A stretch of DNA of 64,000 nt from Octopus vulgaris. Lineage: Eukaryota. A program made the position numbers and the translations under genes. The notes under the pieces are model-generated. The model did not search any database. It saw only the letters and a program-made list of their open reading frames with translations, and was not told where the DNA came from. Below are positions 12,957-25,254 of this stretch, one piece after another. Location of the stretch: positions 18,538,001 through 18,602,000 of the forward strand of contig OX597839.1 in the NCBI GenBank assembly GCA_951406725.2. The letters are read 5' to 3'. How positions within the stretch are numbered: position 1 is the stretch's first letter; the number at the start of each line of letters is the position of its first letter.

Positions 12957-14340
12957 GTTTGTTCACTCTACTATTACTCTTTATATACTCCACCTACCTC
13001 TTTCCCTACCCCACACAAGCACACACACACAATCTCCCCCTCTATTATCTCTCTCTGCATTTCTTTGCCTGCCTACCTACCTACCTACCTGTCTGTCTGT
13101 CTGTCAGTCTGCCTGTCTGTCTTCCTGTCTGTCTGTCTCTCTTTCTCTCTATCTTTTCTTTAGACCCTCACCCTCTTTGGCATTCGTTTTCTTTGTATGG
13201 GTACGGCACTGACCTTTTGGACATTGATGGTCGAAAACCTCTTATAAATCTGCACCAATTTACAAGCAGGAATTACAAATTCCTGCGGCTGCCAGACCCT
13301 GTACCTTGCACAGTACAGTATTAACCCTTTAGTGTTTAAACCGGTCGTATCCGGTTCAAATATTCTTCCTGTTTTATGGTTGCACTAGCCAGGTCTGGCC
13401 TCTTACACATGCCCTACAATCATCATCATTATCATCATCATCGTTTAATGTCCTCCTTCCGTACTGGCATCGGTTGGATGGTTTAACGGGAACTGGTCAG
13501 GCATACTTCTGCACCATACTTCTGTGTTTTTTTATGGCTGGATGCCCTTCCTAACACCAACCACTCTACAGCATGGACTGAGTGCTTTTTACATGGCACC
13601 AGCACAGGCAAGGTCAGTTTTGGCATGGTTTTTATAGCTGGATGCCCTTCCAAATGCCAACCACTCCACAGAGTGGACTGGATGCTTTTTAAGCGACAAC
13701 AAGACACACACCAGACATTCCATTCATTTCCCAGCTCAAAGGGGTGGGCCCCGTCTTACACTCGGGTCAAGGCATAGAATGCAACCCCCGATACAAGCAG
13801 CAGGGCCTGACGGCATATGCTGGTTTACCCTTGCCGCATCATGCTGGTTCCTAACCCCTTTGAGCAACATCAGTTCACTCATTTGAGAGAATGTGAAATA
13901 GCCATTTTTGGGAATAGTGGATCTCGAAGCATGTATAAAGCTATGAATTGTAATAAGTAAATATTAGGCTGCCATGTACACTCTGTAAAGTGGTTGGCAT
14001 TAAGAAGGACATCCAGCTATAGGAACCATGCCAAATGCGACAGTTGGAACCTGGTGCAGCTCTCTGGTTTGCCAGCTTCTATTAAACTGTTCAACCCATG
14101 CCAGCATGGAAAATGTTCATTAAATGATGATGATGATGATAGAAAAAGTTAAAAGGTGCCTGTGAGACATGAACCCTCATCTCCTTTTTGTGTGCTTTTG
14201 AGATTCACTATTCCAAAAACGAAAGATTTATGCAAATGTATGGGTACCTGTATGTCATTTAATTATTCAAGTATATTTAATATTTGTTTGTTTTAGCATG
14301 TGTTAGTGGCACACGGTCATTTGCTCATGAGTTTGATTTC

Positions 14341-14940
14341 TTGTGGCATGTTGTGTCCTTGAGCGACACATTGTGTCCTTGAGCGGCACATTGTATCCTT
14401 GAGCGGCACGTTGTGTCCTTGAGCGGCACATTGTGTTCTTGAGTGGCACATTGTGTCCTTGAGCAGCACATTGTGTCCATGAGCGGCACATTGTGTCCTT
14501 GAGTTGCACATTGTATCCTTGAGCAGCACGTTGTGTTCTTGAGTGGCATGTAGTGTCTTTGAGCGGCATGTCATGTCCTTGAGCGGCACGCTGTGTCCTT
14601 GAGTGGCATGTCGTGTCCTTGAGCAGCACATTGTGTCCTTGAGCAGCACATTGTGTCCTTGAGCGGCACGCCGTGTCCTTGAGCGGCACGCCGTGTCCTT
14701 GAGCGGCATGTCGTGTCCTTGACTGGTACATAGTGTCCTTGAGTGGCACATTGTGTCCTTGAGCGGCACATTGTGTCCTTGAGCAGCACATTGTGTTCTT
14801 GAGTGGAATGTTGTGTCTTTGAGCGGCATGTCGTGTCCTTGAGTGGCACGTTGTGTCCTTGAGCGACATGTCATGTCCTTGAGCAGCACGTCGTGTCCTT
14901 GAGTGGCACATTGTGTCTTTGAGCAGTATGTTATGTCCAA
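14341..14940. repeat. 20-bp minisatellite (GAGCGGCACATTGTGTCCTT)n, ~30 copies
   Basis: Visible directly; accounts for ORFs 14303-14997. Confidence 0.95.
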
Positions 14941-15470
14941 GAACACAACACAGCACTGTCCAGGAATCAAACTCACTACCTCATGAGACTGGGACATTGC
15001 TTAGAAAATATTTTTCATTTTTAACCTCATATATAGTATGCACTAGGGATTTTGACCTTTAAATTTTGGGGAAAAAATGCAGATTATACTCGAGGATTTT
15101 CGGTATATATATATATATATACATATACATTGTATGGATGTTTAGGCTACTCTGTCTTGCCATAACAAGCTGCTGTGAGGAGGAAAGAAGAGATAAGCTA
15201 CATTAAAGATAGCAAAGGGGATTCTCTCTTCCCCACGCCTTTGTCTTTTCCTCTTGCTTCATCTTCTAAGCAATCTTAATGGCTCCTTGGGACCATCATC
15301 ATCATCATCATCATCTTTGTTTAATGTCTGTTTTCCATGAAGCATCTCATTAAAATTTGCACCCATGCTACACCCCATCTTTTTTGTTGTTACCAGCTTC
15401 CTTTTATTCTTCTACCATTACTCGTTTTCTTCATACACCATATATATGCACACATATACATCCATACATG

Positions 15471-16073
15471 TGAGGGTGCTAAAAAGTTCCTGGCTTTCAG
15501 GGTATTGGGAAAAGCCTGGTTGGAGGCCCAACCTTCCAAGTCCTTTTACAGGGCTTAGAAAAACTAAAGGACTGCTATAATGAATGTGAATCTGATAGGG
15601 GAATATCTATATATATATAAAGCTGATGTTGTCTGTGTGTGTGGCAGGTTTGGTAGCCTTCAACTAACACTGTTTCCTCCGTGACCCTGTGGCGCAAGTT
15701 GACCAAAGTTGAGAGTATGATAGAAGGCTTACTCTTCATTCCATAGAAGATAAAATTCAAATCAGACCATGTTAAGACCCAAAATTATTTACACCAAAAA
15801 GGTGCTTTTTTCCTATGAAAATCCCTATTTTTTACGATTTTTTGACTGCTGTGTCACCATTTTCGGTGTATTTCAACCAGAAAAATGTTCACTTAAAGAG
15901 AATAACAAGGTACATAATGCAAAATTTTTACTTTTCAAAAATTCCAATTCTAAAGGGTTGAAATAAACCTGAGCAACACTGGGCAATACTGCTAGTGTTG
16001 AATAAAATCATAATTAGCTGATCCTCCTTTATTTTCTCTTACTCAAAGTCACCAACTTTTCAGCATCCACTCG
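15471..16073. mobile_element. Mariner-derived MITE interrupted by a Helitron
   Basis: Imperfect TIRs gagggtgctaaaaagtt / aacttttcagcatccactc; removing the Helitron restores GGGGAATA|TGTTGAATAA (GEYVE*, mariner-like C-terminus). Confidence 0.55.
15606..15995 (+). mobile_element. Non-autonomous Helitron
   Basis: Starts A|TC TATATATA, ends with an imperfect hairpin (cctgagcaacactggg) plus CTAG|T; no TSD. Confidence 0.7.
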
Positions 16074-16084
16074 TGTACACACAC

Positions 16085-16115
<31 letters not shown>

Positions 16116-16212
16116 TGCACATACACACACGCACATATATGCACATCTTGTATACATCACAAATTTGCACGCTGCATGTATTGTTGCTTCATTGCATGAT
16201 TGTTCATTTCAG

Positions 16213-16290
16213 GACGAAGATTCTGACCCCCAAAATCAAAACCCAGCCACTGATTTGAGTGGGACCGAGCATTCAAATACTGACTTTCTG
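16213..16290 (+). CDS. Eps15: Probable alternatively spliced Eps15 cassette exon (DEDSDPQNQNPATDLSGTEHSNTDFL)
   Basis: catttcag acceptor, GTTTGT donor; 78 nt, phase 0/0, no stop; fits between the phase-0 exons at 12956 and 36643; non-repetitive sequence. Confidence 0.6.
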
Positions 16291-16892
16291 GTTTGTTTTG
16301 TTCTTGTATAAAAAACACCCCCTAAAAATAATAACAACAATAATAGTAATAACCCAATTGGTGGCTGGCATTGGTTCCTTACTTTTTTCATTTTCCTGTA
16401 TATATATATATAAATATATATATATATAACCCATTTTTTTAACAATCATCATCATCACCCTTATCATCTGCAGCTGTTTATTTAACATACATTTGCTTGT
16501 TTGCTTCCACCCTCCCCTGCCATCAATTCCTCTATTTCTATTTCGCTAATTAACACATTGCTAAATCTATCAAACATGACTACATTAGCAGTTATCTCTG
16601 CCATTATTTAATTTACAAATAAAAGAAAAAGAAAAAAAGAGGGAGGTAAAAAAAAAAAAATTGCGTAGGAGGTGATATGCTGTATTTTCTGGCAGGCAAG
16701 TTGACTTTTTCTGACCAAAATTTAAAGCCAAAATAGGTAGGTTGACTCATGCACCAAGACAAGTTTGGAGGACTAAAAATGGCATGTGAAATAAAGCAGG
16801 ATTTGGAAAGATAATGACAATGTTTGAATGTTGACATTATGTACTACGTTTATTAGTATGCCCTGAAAATATATATATACATACATACATAA

Positions 16893-16941
<49 letters not shown>

Positions 16942-16972
16942 GGTTTGGAGATGATGTACAGGTATTATATAT

Positions 16973-17217
16973 TAGAAGAAATAAGGTACTCAGAAATCTA
17001 GATAAGTTTATATTTACAGATTTTTTATTAATGTCACATGCTTTTATAAGTTATTATTAGCGCTTGCATCTACACTAGTAGAATCTCCAAATCTGGAGAT
17101 TCTACTTAGATATAGATACATAACTTATGTATTTATATACATAAAAGTCATCCCGCATGTGACATTAATAAAAATCTGTAAATATAAACTCATCCAGATT
17201 TCTGAGTTCCTTATTTC

Positions 17218-17222
<5 letters not shown>
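16973..17222. repeat. Fold-back element embedded in (TA)n
   Basis: ~70-bp outer inverted arms and a central hairpin agtagaatctcca-aatc-tggagattctact. Confidence 0.75.
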
Positions 17223-17268
<46 letters not shown>

Positions 17269-17562
17269 GTGTGTGTGTGATACAGACAAGAAGAAGATAT
17301 TTTTGGAATGCAGAATTGTTGTTAGAATGGTAGAAATACTAAATAAATTATCCTTGCAAGGTGGAAAAATTTGTCAATAAACAGCCTGGTTATTTGTTGA
17401 CAATTTTTTTTCCACCTTGCAAGGGTAATTTAGCCAGTATTTCTGTTGTTCTAACAGCAATTCTGCATTTGAAAAAATATCTTCTTGTTTGTATTGTAGA
17501 ATAAACATTTCAATGTTTCTCATAAAAGCAAATGTTAGTTTGTTTATATTTACACACAGACG

Positions 17563-17594
<32 letters not shown>

Positions 17595-18843
17595 TACACA
17601 CACACACACACACAACACTGTGTTTTCCAGCATACAGTTCAAATTTTTTTCAGACCAAAATTTACTGCTGAAAAAGCGAGGCTAACTTGTACACCAAAAC
17701 TACTTTGGAGAACCAAAAATTCCATCTAACATGTAGAAGAGTTTAGAGATATTATGTTGACTTGTATGCCTGAAAATATGGTGTGTGTGTATGTGTGCGA
17801 ATGCACACATGCATGCATGTGTTTCTATACATACATATGCGCATACATACATGTACCTAACTGTATCTTCCAACATGTAAGTCTAATTTTTTCTGGACAA
17901 AATTGACTGCTAACGATGGTAGATCAACTTATCAACCAATGTGACATTAGAAGACCAAAACCTCCATGTGAAATGCCACATGATTTTCAAAGATAGTGAC
18001 AATGCTTGAATGTTACCCTACATGTTTACCCTATATACTATGTCAACTTGTATGCTGGAAAAAAACAAGGGTTTTGCTGCAAGCATGACTCAGTTACTCT
18101 TATTAATGATTTGGCGGGATACAGTATTTCATTATGCAACCATAATGTACTATATGATGTATTGTGTTAGCTGTGTGCTTTACATCACTTGTTAAGGTTT
18201 TCGCTGTAGCTCATCATCATCATCAGCATCATTTAATGCCCACGTTCCATGCTGGCATCTGTTGGATAGTTTGACAGGAGCTGGTGAAATGAAGATCTGC
18301 ACCAGGTTCCAGTCTGATATGGCATGGTTTCTGGGGCTGGATGCCCTTTCTAATGTCAATCATTCCCATAGTGTAATCTAATGTCAATCATTCCCATAGT
18401 GTAATCTGTGCTTTAGTATGTGCCACCTGCATGGGTGCCATTTATATGGCACCTGCGGCAGCTAAGACTATGATTTCATCTGTGCCATTTGCATGATGCT
18501 AGCAATGGTCGTGATTATGGTTTCACTTGGCTTGACGAGTCTTCTCAAGCACAACGTATCTCCAATGTTTCTGCCACTTTGGTTGGTCTGAGGTTATAGT
18601 AGAAGACACTTGGCCAAGGTGCCATGCAGTGAGGCTGAACCAGGAACCATGGATGTAAACAGGGATTTAAACACACCAATATTGGTGTCAAGTGGTAGTG
18701 GAGTACACACACACACACACATAAATATAGATAGTAGATAGACAGACAGACGGACAAATAGATATAGACAGACAGATGGATAGATACATAGATAGATAGA
18801 TGGACAGAGATGGACAGACAGACAAATAGGTAGTTAGATAGAT

Positions 18844-18875
<32 letters not shown>

Positions 18876-19297
18876 AAAATATGGCATGTACACCCATTAC
18901 CTTTTTTCCATCTTTGTTCTCATTGCTTGTTTGCTTCTGATGTCATAACAGAATCAATTTTGGCTGCAGAGAAAACCGTAACAAGTCATTTACTCATTTT
19001 TCAATCAGCCATGTTTAGGGGCCACTTTTTATTATTAATTTTTCATATTTTTCTGAAGTATATTTTGTACATGCTTGGAAAAGTGAAGAAAGTTTCTGAA
19101 AAACCAAATAAGTCTTTTATTTTCTCCCTTGCTTATTATTAATTCTAAATCTCACCTGGCTTATCATTTTTCAGCTTACTGATTTTTAATTTGAGGAATT
19201 ACTAACATTTAATTAATTAATTTTTTTTATTCATTTTACACCATGTTTTATATGATGGGATGTTTCTTGCGTTCTTCTGTTTTATTTTTAAGAAATG

Positions 19298-19307
19298 TTT
19301 ATTTATT
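19298..19307 (-). terminator. Candidate AATAAA polyadenylation signals for the FAM187A-like gene
   Basis: Two overlapping TTTATT on the + strand ~55 nt after the stop; AT-rich context lowers specificity. Confidence 0.4.
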
Positions 19308-19358
19308 ATAAAATTATTAGTATTGTTATTATTAGCAAGTGGTGTTATGTTTACCGTG

Positions 19359-19530
19359 TTAACGGGCCATTTTTCTGTGCCTACCACTGTACATACAACA
19401 GGTGGTCATTAGCAACCCGAAAATGGTGATTCCACACAGAGAATAGATGATATACGGATCTGCACTATCTGGCATCGGTTCTGTCACAACCAGTTTTGTT
19501 GTCTGCAGCAGGAGATTCTCTTTCCAGCAA
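19359..19530 (-). CDS. FAM187A: FAM187A-like exon 6: end of Ig2, TM helix, short basic tail, stop (CWKENLLL...YIIYSLCGITIFGLLMTTCCMYSGRHRKMAR*)
   Basis: ttttgtacag acceptor; completes YSCW; ~20-aa hydrophobic segment; TAA at 19361-19359. Confidence 0.88.
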
Positions 19531-19569
19531 CTGTACAAAAGATTCCATTATGAATTTTTTGGTTTGTTG

Positions 19570-19626
<57 letters not shown>

Positions 19627-19627
<1 letters not shown>

Positions 19628-19828
19628 GGTGGCAAGCTGGCAGAATCGTTAACATGCTAGGCAAAATGCTTAGCAATATTACGCAGGTTGCTATGTTCCA
19701 AGTTCAAATTCCACCGGGAAAATAAATACCAATTGAACGCTGGGGTTGATGTAATCTATTTATCCCCTCTCCTAAAACTGCTGTCCTTGTGGCAAAATTT
19801 GAAGCCATTATTATTATTGTTATTATTA

Positions 19829-19871
<43 letters not shown>

Positions 19872-20090
19872 CATTATGAAGTGGTGACCTGGCAGAGCTG
19901 TTAGCATGCTGGGTGAAATGCATAGCAGTATTTCATCTGTTGCTATATTCTGAGTTCAAATTCCACCATGGTCGACTTTGCGTTTCATCATTTCGTGGTT
20001 GATAAATTAAGTACCAGTGAAACACTGGAGTCAATGTAATCGACAATCCCTTCCCATCGAATTTCAGGCCTTGTGCTTATAGGAAAAAGG

Positions 20091-20141
<51 letters not shown>

Positions 20142-20360
20142 AGGTAGCGACCTGGCACAGTTGTTAGCACGCTGGACAAAATACTTAGTGGCATTTCATC
20201 TGTCTTTTATGTTTTGAGTTCAATCTATGCCGAGGTCGATTTTTATCTTTCATCCTTTCGGGGTCGATTAAATAAGTACCAGTTATGCACTGGGGTTGAT
20301 GTAATTGACTTACATCCTCCCTGCAAATTTCAGGCTTTGTGCCTACTGTAGAAAGATTAG
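19627..20360 (+). mobile_element. Three head-to-tail tRNA-SINE copies (family B, GCCTTTCATCCTTTCGGGGTCGATAAAT core) separated by (ATT)n
   Basis: Each copy begins ggtggcRagctggcaga (A box), has a gagttcaaattc-type B box and ends in (ATT)n. Confidence 0.8.
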
Positions 20361-20453
20361 CATCATCATCATCATCATAATAAGAAGGTGGTGAGCTGGC
20401 AGAAATAAGTAAAAGATAAACGATATGTATGTATATATGATATGTACATAGTA

Positions 20454-20505
<52 letters not shown>

Positions 20506-21744
20506 TTAGGTGTCTGTGTTTGTCCCCCCACCATCACTTGATAACTGATGTTGGTGTGTTTATGTCTCCGTAACTTAGCGGTTCAGCAAAAAAGATGGAT
20601 AGGACAAGTCCAGGGTTCGATTTGTTCGACTTAAAGGCAGTGCTCCAGCATGGCCGCAGTCAAATGACTGAAACAAGTAAAAGAATAAAAGAATACATAT
20701 GTAAGTATGTATAGAAGCAGGAGTGGCTGTGTGGTAAATAGGTTGCTCACCAACCATATGGTTCCGGGTTCAGTCCCACTGTGTGGCACCTTGGGCAAGT
20801 GTCTTCTACTATTGATTCGGGCCGACCAAAGCCTTGTGAGTGGATTTGATTGATGAAAACTGAAAGAAGCTTGTTGTATATATGTATATATGTGTGTGTG
20901 TGTTTGCCCCCCCCCCCCCCCAACATCGCTTGACAACTGATGCTGGTGTGTTTACGTCCCTGTAACTTAGCAGTTCGGCAAAAGAGATTGATAGAATAAG
21001 TACTAGGCTTACAAAGAATAAGTCCTGGGGTCGATTTCCTTGACTAAAGGCGGTGCTCCAGCATGGCCACAGTCAAATGACTGAAACAGGTAAAAGAGAG
21101 TTCGATGCTTTCTCAGATAGGTGTAAACTGTCTTAATGTTTTGCTTGTCCAGACAGTTTTCAGGAGTTAATCCTAAACATCTATGCTTGTTTTTAGACAT
21201 TTGCCCCCCCCCCCCCACATCGCTTGACAACTGATGCTGGTGTGTTTACGTCCCTGTAACTTAGCAGTTCGGCAAAAGAGATTGATAGAATAAGTACTCA
21301 GCTTACAAAGAATAAGTCCTGGGGGTGATTTCCTTGACTAAAGGCGGTGCTCCAGCATGGCCACAGTCAAATGACTGAAACAACTAAAAAAAAAAAAAGA
21401 GAGATGTGTACAGAGTTTGTTGCTAAAACTAGTTTCCGGTTTTCCAAACGTACACAAGTGGAAGCAGATTGCATCCAGCTTCGTGGTTGCTAGTTGAAAC
21501 ACCTGCTGTTGGTGACTAGCAGCAAGCTAATCACGTGTTTCAGTTTTACTTGTATTGACTGTAGCTTATTGTGTTGGGTGCCTAAAGCAAGCATTGAAGT
21601 GGAAGCATCTGGCCAGCTATATTACTAGGTGGGAAAGGGGTACGAGTGTAGTCCAGATGCAGGTCCTCCCACTCGGAAAATCGTTGGTGCTAGCCTGTTT
21701 AAGTGTGTAAACATATGGTTAGGAACTTGTGATGTAACAGTCAT

Positions 21745-22586
21745 AACAATGATGAGGGTGATGATGATGATAATGATGATGGTTGTGGTGGAGGTGGTGG
21801 TCATGACGACAATGCCGGTCATGATGATCATGATGAGGATGGATGATGATGGTCATACTGATGATGATAGTGATGATGATGGTGATGGTCTTAATGATGA
21901 TGGTGATGATGATGATGATGATAATAATGATGGTGGTGGAGGTAGTGGTCATGACGACAGTGGCGGTCATGATGATCATGATGAGGATGGATGGTGGTGG
22001 TCATACTGATGATGATAGTGATGATAATGGTGATGATGATGGTGATGGTGGTGGTGGTGGTGGTGGTGGTGGTAATGGTGGTGGAGGTAGTGGTGATGAC
22101 GACAGTGGCGGTCATGATGAGGATGGATGATGGTCGTCATACTGATGATGGTCGTAATAATGATGATGATGGTGATGGTCTTAATGATGGTGGTGGTGAT
22201 GATGATGATAATGAGGGTCATAATGACAATGATGATGATGATTGTGATGGTCACAATGAGAACAGTGTTAATTATAGTTCCAGTAGATAATGATGTTAAT
22301 TAATAATATTACTAATGACGGTGACTAATAATATAATTATCTAATGTAACTGGGGTGCTGATGATGACGGTGATAACTAACGATGACAGCATCGAAGAGA
22401 ATAGCCAGAATAGACATGATGACAGTATGATGATAATAATAATAATAATAATAATAATAGTAGTAGTAGTAGTAACAAAAAAAAAATAATAATAATAGTA
22501 ATAATAATAATAATAATAATAATAGTAGTAGTAGTCGTAATAATAAAAAATAAAAAAATAATAAAAGTAATAATAATAATAATAGC

Positions 22587-22619
<33 letters not shown>

Positions 22620-22620
22620 C
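21745..22620. repeat. Compound (GAT/GGT)n then (AAT)n low-complexity tract with a 3-copy higher-order unit
   Basis: gtggaggtRgtggtcatgacgaca...atgaggatggat recurs three times. Confidence 0.85.
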
Positions 22621-22835
22621 CTTTCTGCTATAGGCACAAGGTCTGAAATTTTTGGGGAGTGGGATAGTCGTTTGCATTGATCCCAGTGTTTCATTGGTAT
22701 TGAATTTATTGACCCCGAAAGGATGAAAGGCAAAGTTGACAATGGTTGAATTTGAACTCCCATCGTAACTGAAGATGAAATACTGTTAAGCATTTCACCT
22801 TCTGTGCTAATGATTTTGCCAGCTTGCCACCTCCC

Positions 22836-22882
<47 letters not shown>

Positions 22883-23370
22883 CAACAATAACAAGAACAA
22901 CAACAACCCCTTTCTACTATAGGTGCAAGGCCTGAAATTTGGGGAGGGGGATAGTTGATTATTTCGACCCCAGTACGAAACTGGTACTTTATTTATCAAC
23001 CCCGAAAGGATGAAAGGCAAAGTTGACCTCGGTGGAATTGAACTCAGAATGTAGCGGCAGATGAAATACCCCTAAGAAACTTGCCCGGTGTGCTAACGAT
23101 TCTTCCAGCTCAACAGCTTAAAAAAAAAAAAATAATAATAATAATATATTTCTTTACTACCCACAAGGGGCTAAACACAGAGGGGACAAACAAGGATAGA
23201 CAAACGGATTAAGTCGATTACATCGACCCCAGTGCGTAACTGGTACTTAATTTATCGACCCCGAAAGGATGAAAGGCAAAGTTGACCTCAGCGAAATTTG
23301 AACCCAGAACGTAACGGCAGACGAAATACGGCTACGCATTTCGCCTGGCGTTAGCACACCGGGCGAATGA
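22620..23370 (-). mobile_element. Three head-to-tail family B SINE copies
   Basis: Reverse-complement copies of the same SINE separated by (AAT)n. Confidence 0.8.
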
Positions 23371-23395
23371 AATAGTCAATATCATAACAGCTCAC

Positions 23396-23542
23396 CTGTA
23401 TATCGAAGTGTCTGTGAACTGAGTATTTCTGATGTGAAGTGAATTAGTGACGTCAATAAACACCCGTCCTCTCGTTTTGCGGCTCTCTAGGAAATGTTTC
23501 AGTGGTGCTGACCTATTCTGCCATCGGATAATATCCTCATCT
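23396..23542 (-). CDS. FAM187A: FAM187A-like exon 5: Ig domain 2 (DEDIIRWQN...[23 protein letters not shown])
   Basis: tttatgacag acceptor, AG|GTGAGC donor; 147 nt; RVFID..N.LHIR.TQ..D..IY matches recalled FAM187A Ig2. Confidence 0.88.
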
Positions 23543-23724
23543 CTGTCATAAACAGGAAGAAAAAAAAAAGAAAAAAAATATGTACGAAGAAGCTTGCTTC
23601 GCAGCCACATGGTCCTAGGTTCAGTCCCACTGCCTGACACCACCCTAGGCAAGTGTGTTCTACTGTAGCCACCAACCAAAGCCTTGTGAGTGGATTTGGT
23701 AGATGGAAACTGAAAGAAGCCAAT

Positions 23725-24085
<361 letters not shown>

Positions 24086-24334
24086 TACAAATTTAAGGTG
24101 AATACTTGATAAGTGTAGGCACCTGTATACCTATTATGGGTAATGCTACATGTACTTTTCATATTTTTTATAGTGTGATGTAACTCTTTGGAATAACAAT
24201 GCATGCGACTGAAGAGAGCTTTAAACCATCTTTTATATCTATTATACGCTGATGTAAGAACAGGTCGTTTATAAAGCTTGAACCACGTGTACCGCTACAT
24301 CCTTTGTGTTCTGTTTTTGATTTTATATGATATG

Positions 24335-24376
<42 letters not shown>

Positions 24377-24893
24377 TAGATGTGGCAGTATGGTAAGAAG
24401 CTTGCTTCATAACCACATGGTTCTGGGTTCAGTCCCATTGCATGACACCACCCTGGGCAAGCATTGTGAGTGGATTTGTTAGATGGAAACCGAAAGAAGC
24501 CTGTTGTTGTGTGGATGTATGTATTTCTATATCTGTCTGTCTGTCTACATAGATGTGTCAGTGTGGTAAGAAGCTTGCTTCCCAATCACATGGTTCATGG
24601 TTCAGTCCCACTGTATGACAAGTGTATTCTAATATATCCTTGGGCCAACCAAAGCCTTGTGCATGGCTTTCGTAGAGAGAAACTGAAAGAAGTTTGTCAT
24701 ATATCCATATGTGTGTATGCCTTTGTGTTAGTGTTTGTGTCCCTCCCCACCTGACAATTGGTGTTTGTGTGTTTACATTCCCATAACTTATCAGTTTGGC
24801 AGAAGAGACTGATGGAATAAGTACTAGGCTTTAAAAAACAGAACAGGGTTTGAGTCATTCAACTAAAATTCTTCAAGGTGGTGCCACAGCATG

Positions 24894-25195
24894 TTTGTTG
24901 TTGTTGTTCCTTCTTGAGCCATGCCTGGCTTATAAGGGCCGGTTTCTTGGCGTATAGGTCCCCCACCTTGACGGGACACCGGTCCATCGCAGATGAGCTG
25001 CAAGATGCAGGAGGAAAGAGTGAGAGAAAGATGTGGTGAAAGAGTCAGCAGAAGTTTGCCATTATCTTCAGCCGGAGCCGCGTGGAGCTTAGGTGTTTTC
25101 GCTCATAAACACACACATCGCCCGGTCTGAGATTCGAACCCGCGATCCCTCGACTGCGAGTCCACTGCTCTAACCACTCGGCCATGTGCCTCCAC
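24894..25195 (-). mobile_element. tRNA-derived SINE (family D head, (AAC)n tail) inserted in a SINE A tail
   Basis: A box TGGCCGAGTGG, B box GGTTCGAATC; 13-bp TSD GTGCCACAGCATG at 24881-24893 and 25196-25208. Confidence 0.9.
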
Positions 25196-25254
25196 GTGCC
25201 ACAGCATGGCCACAGATTAATTACTGAAAGAAGGAAGGGATAAAAGATACTCAC

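Noticed and set aside
14303-14997. ORFs of 217 and 226 aa
   Set aside because: Translations of the 20-bp minisatellite.
18952-18984. Strong + strand acceptor (ataacag) suggesting an Eps15 microexon
   Set aside because: Available donors give 26 nt (frameshift) or 33 nt with an in-frame stop; no support, though a poison or terminal exon cannot be excluded.
21625-22290. Asp/Gly/His/Met-rich ORFs
   Set aside because: Compound trinucleotide repeat open in several frames on both strands, with no splice sites; the nested gene is complete without it.
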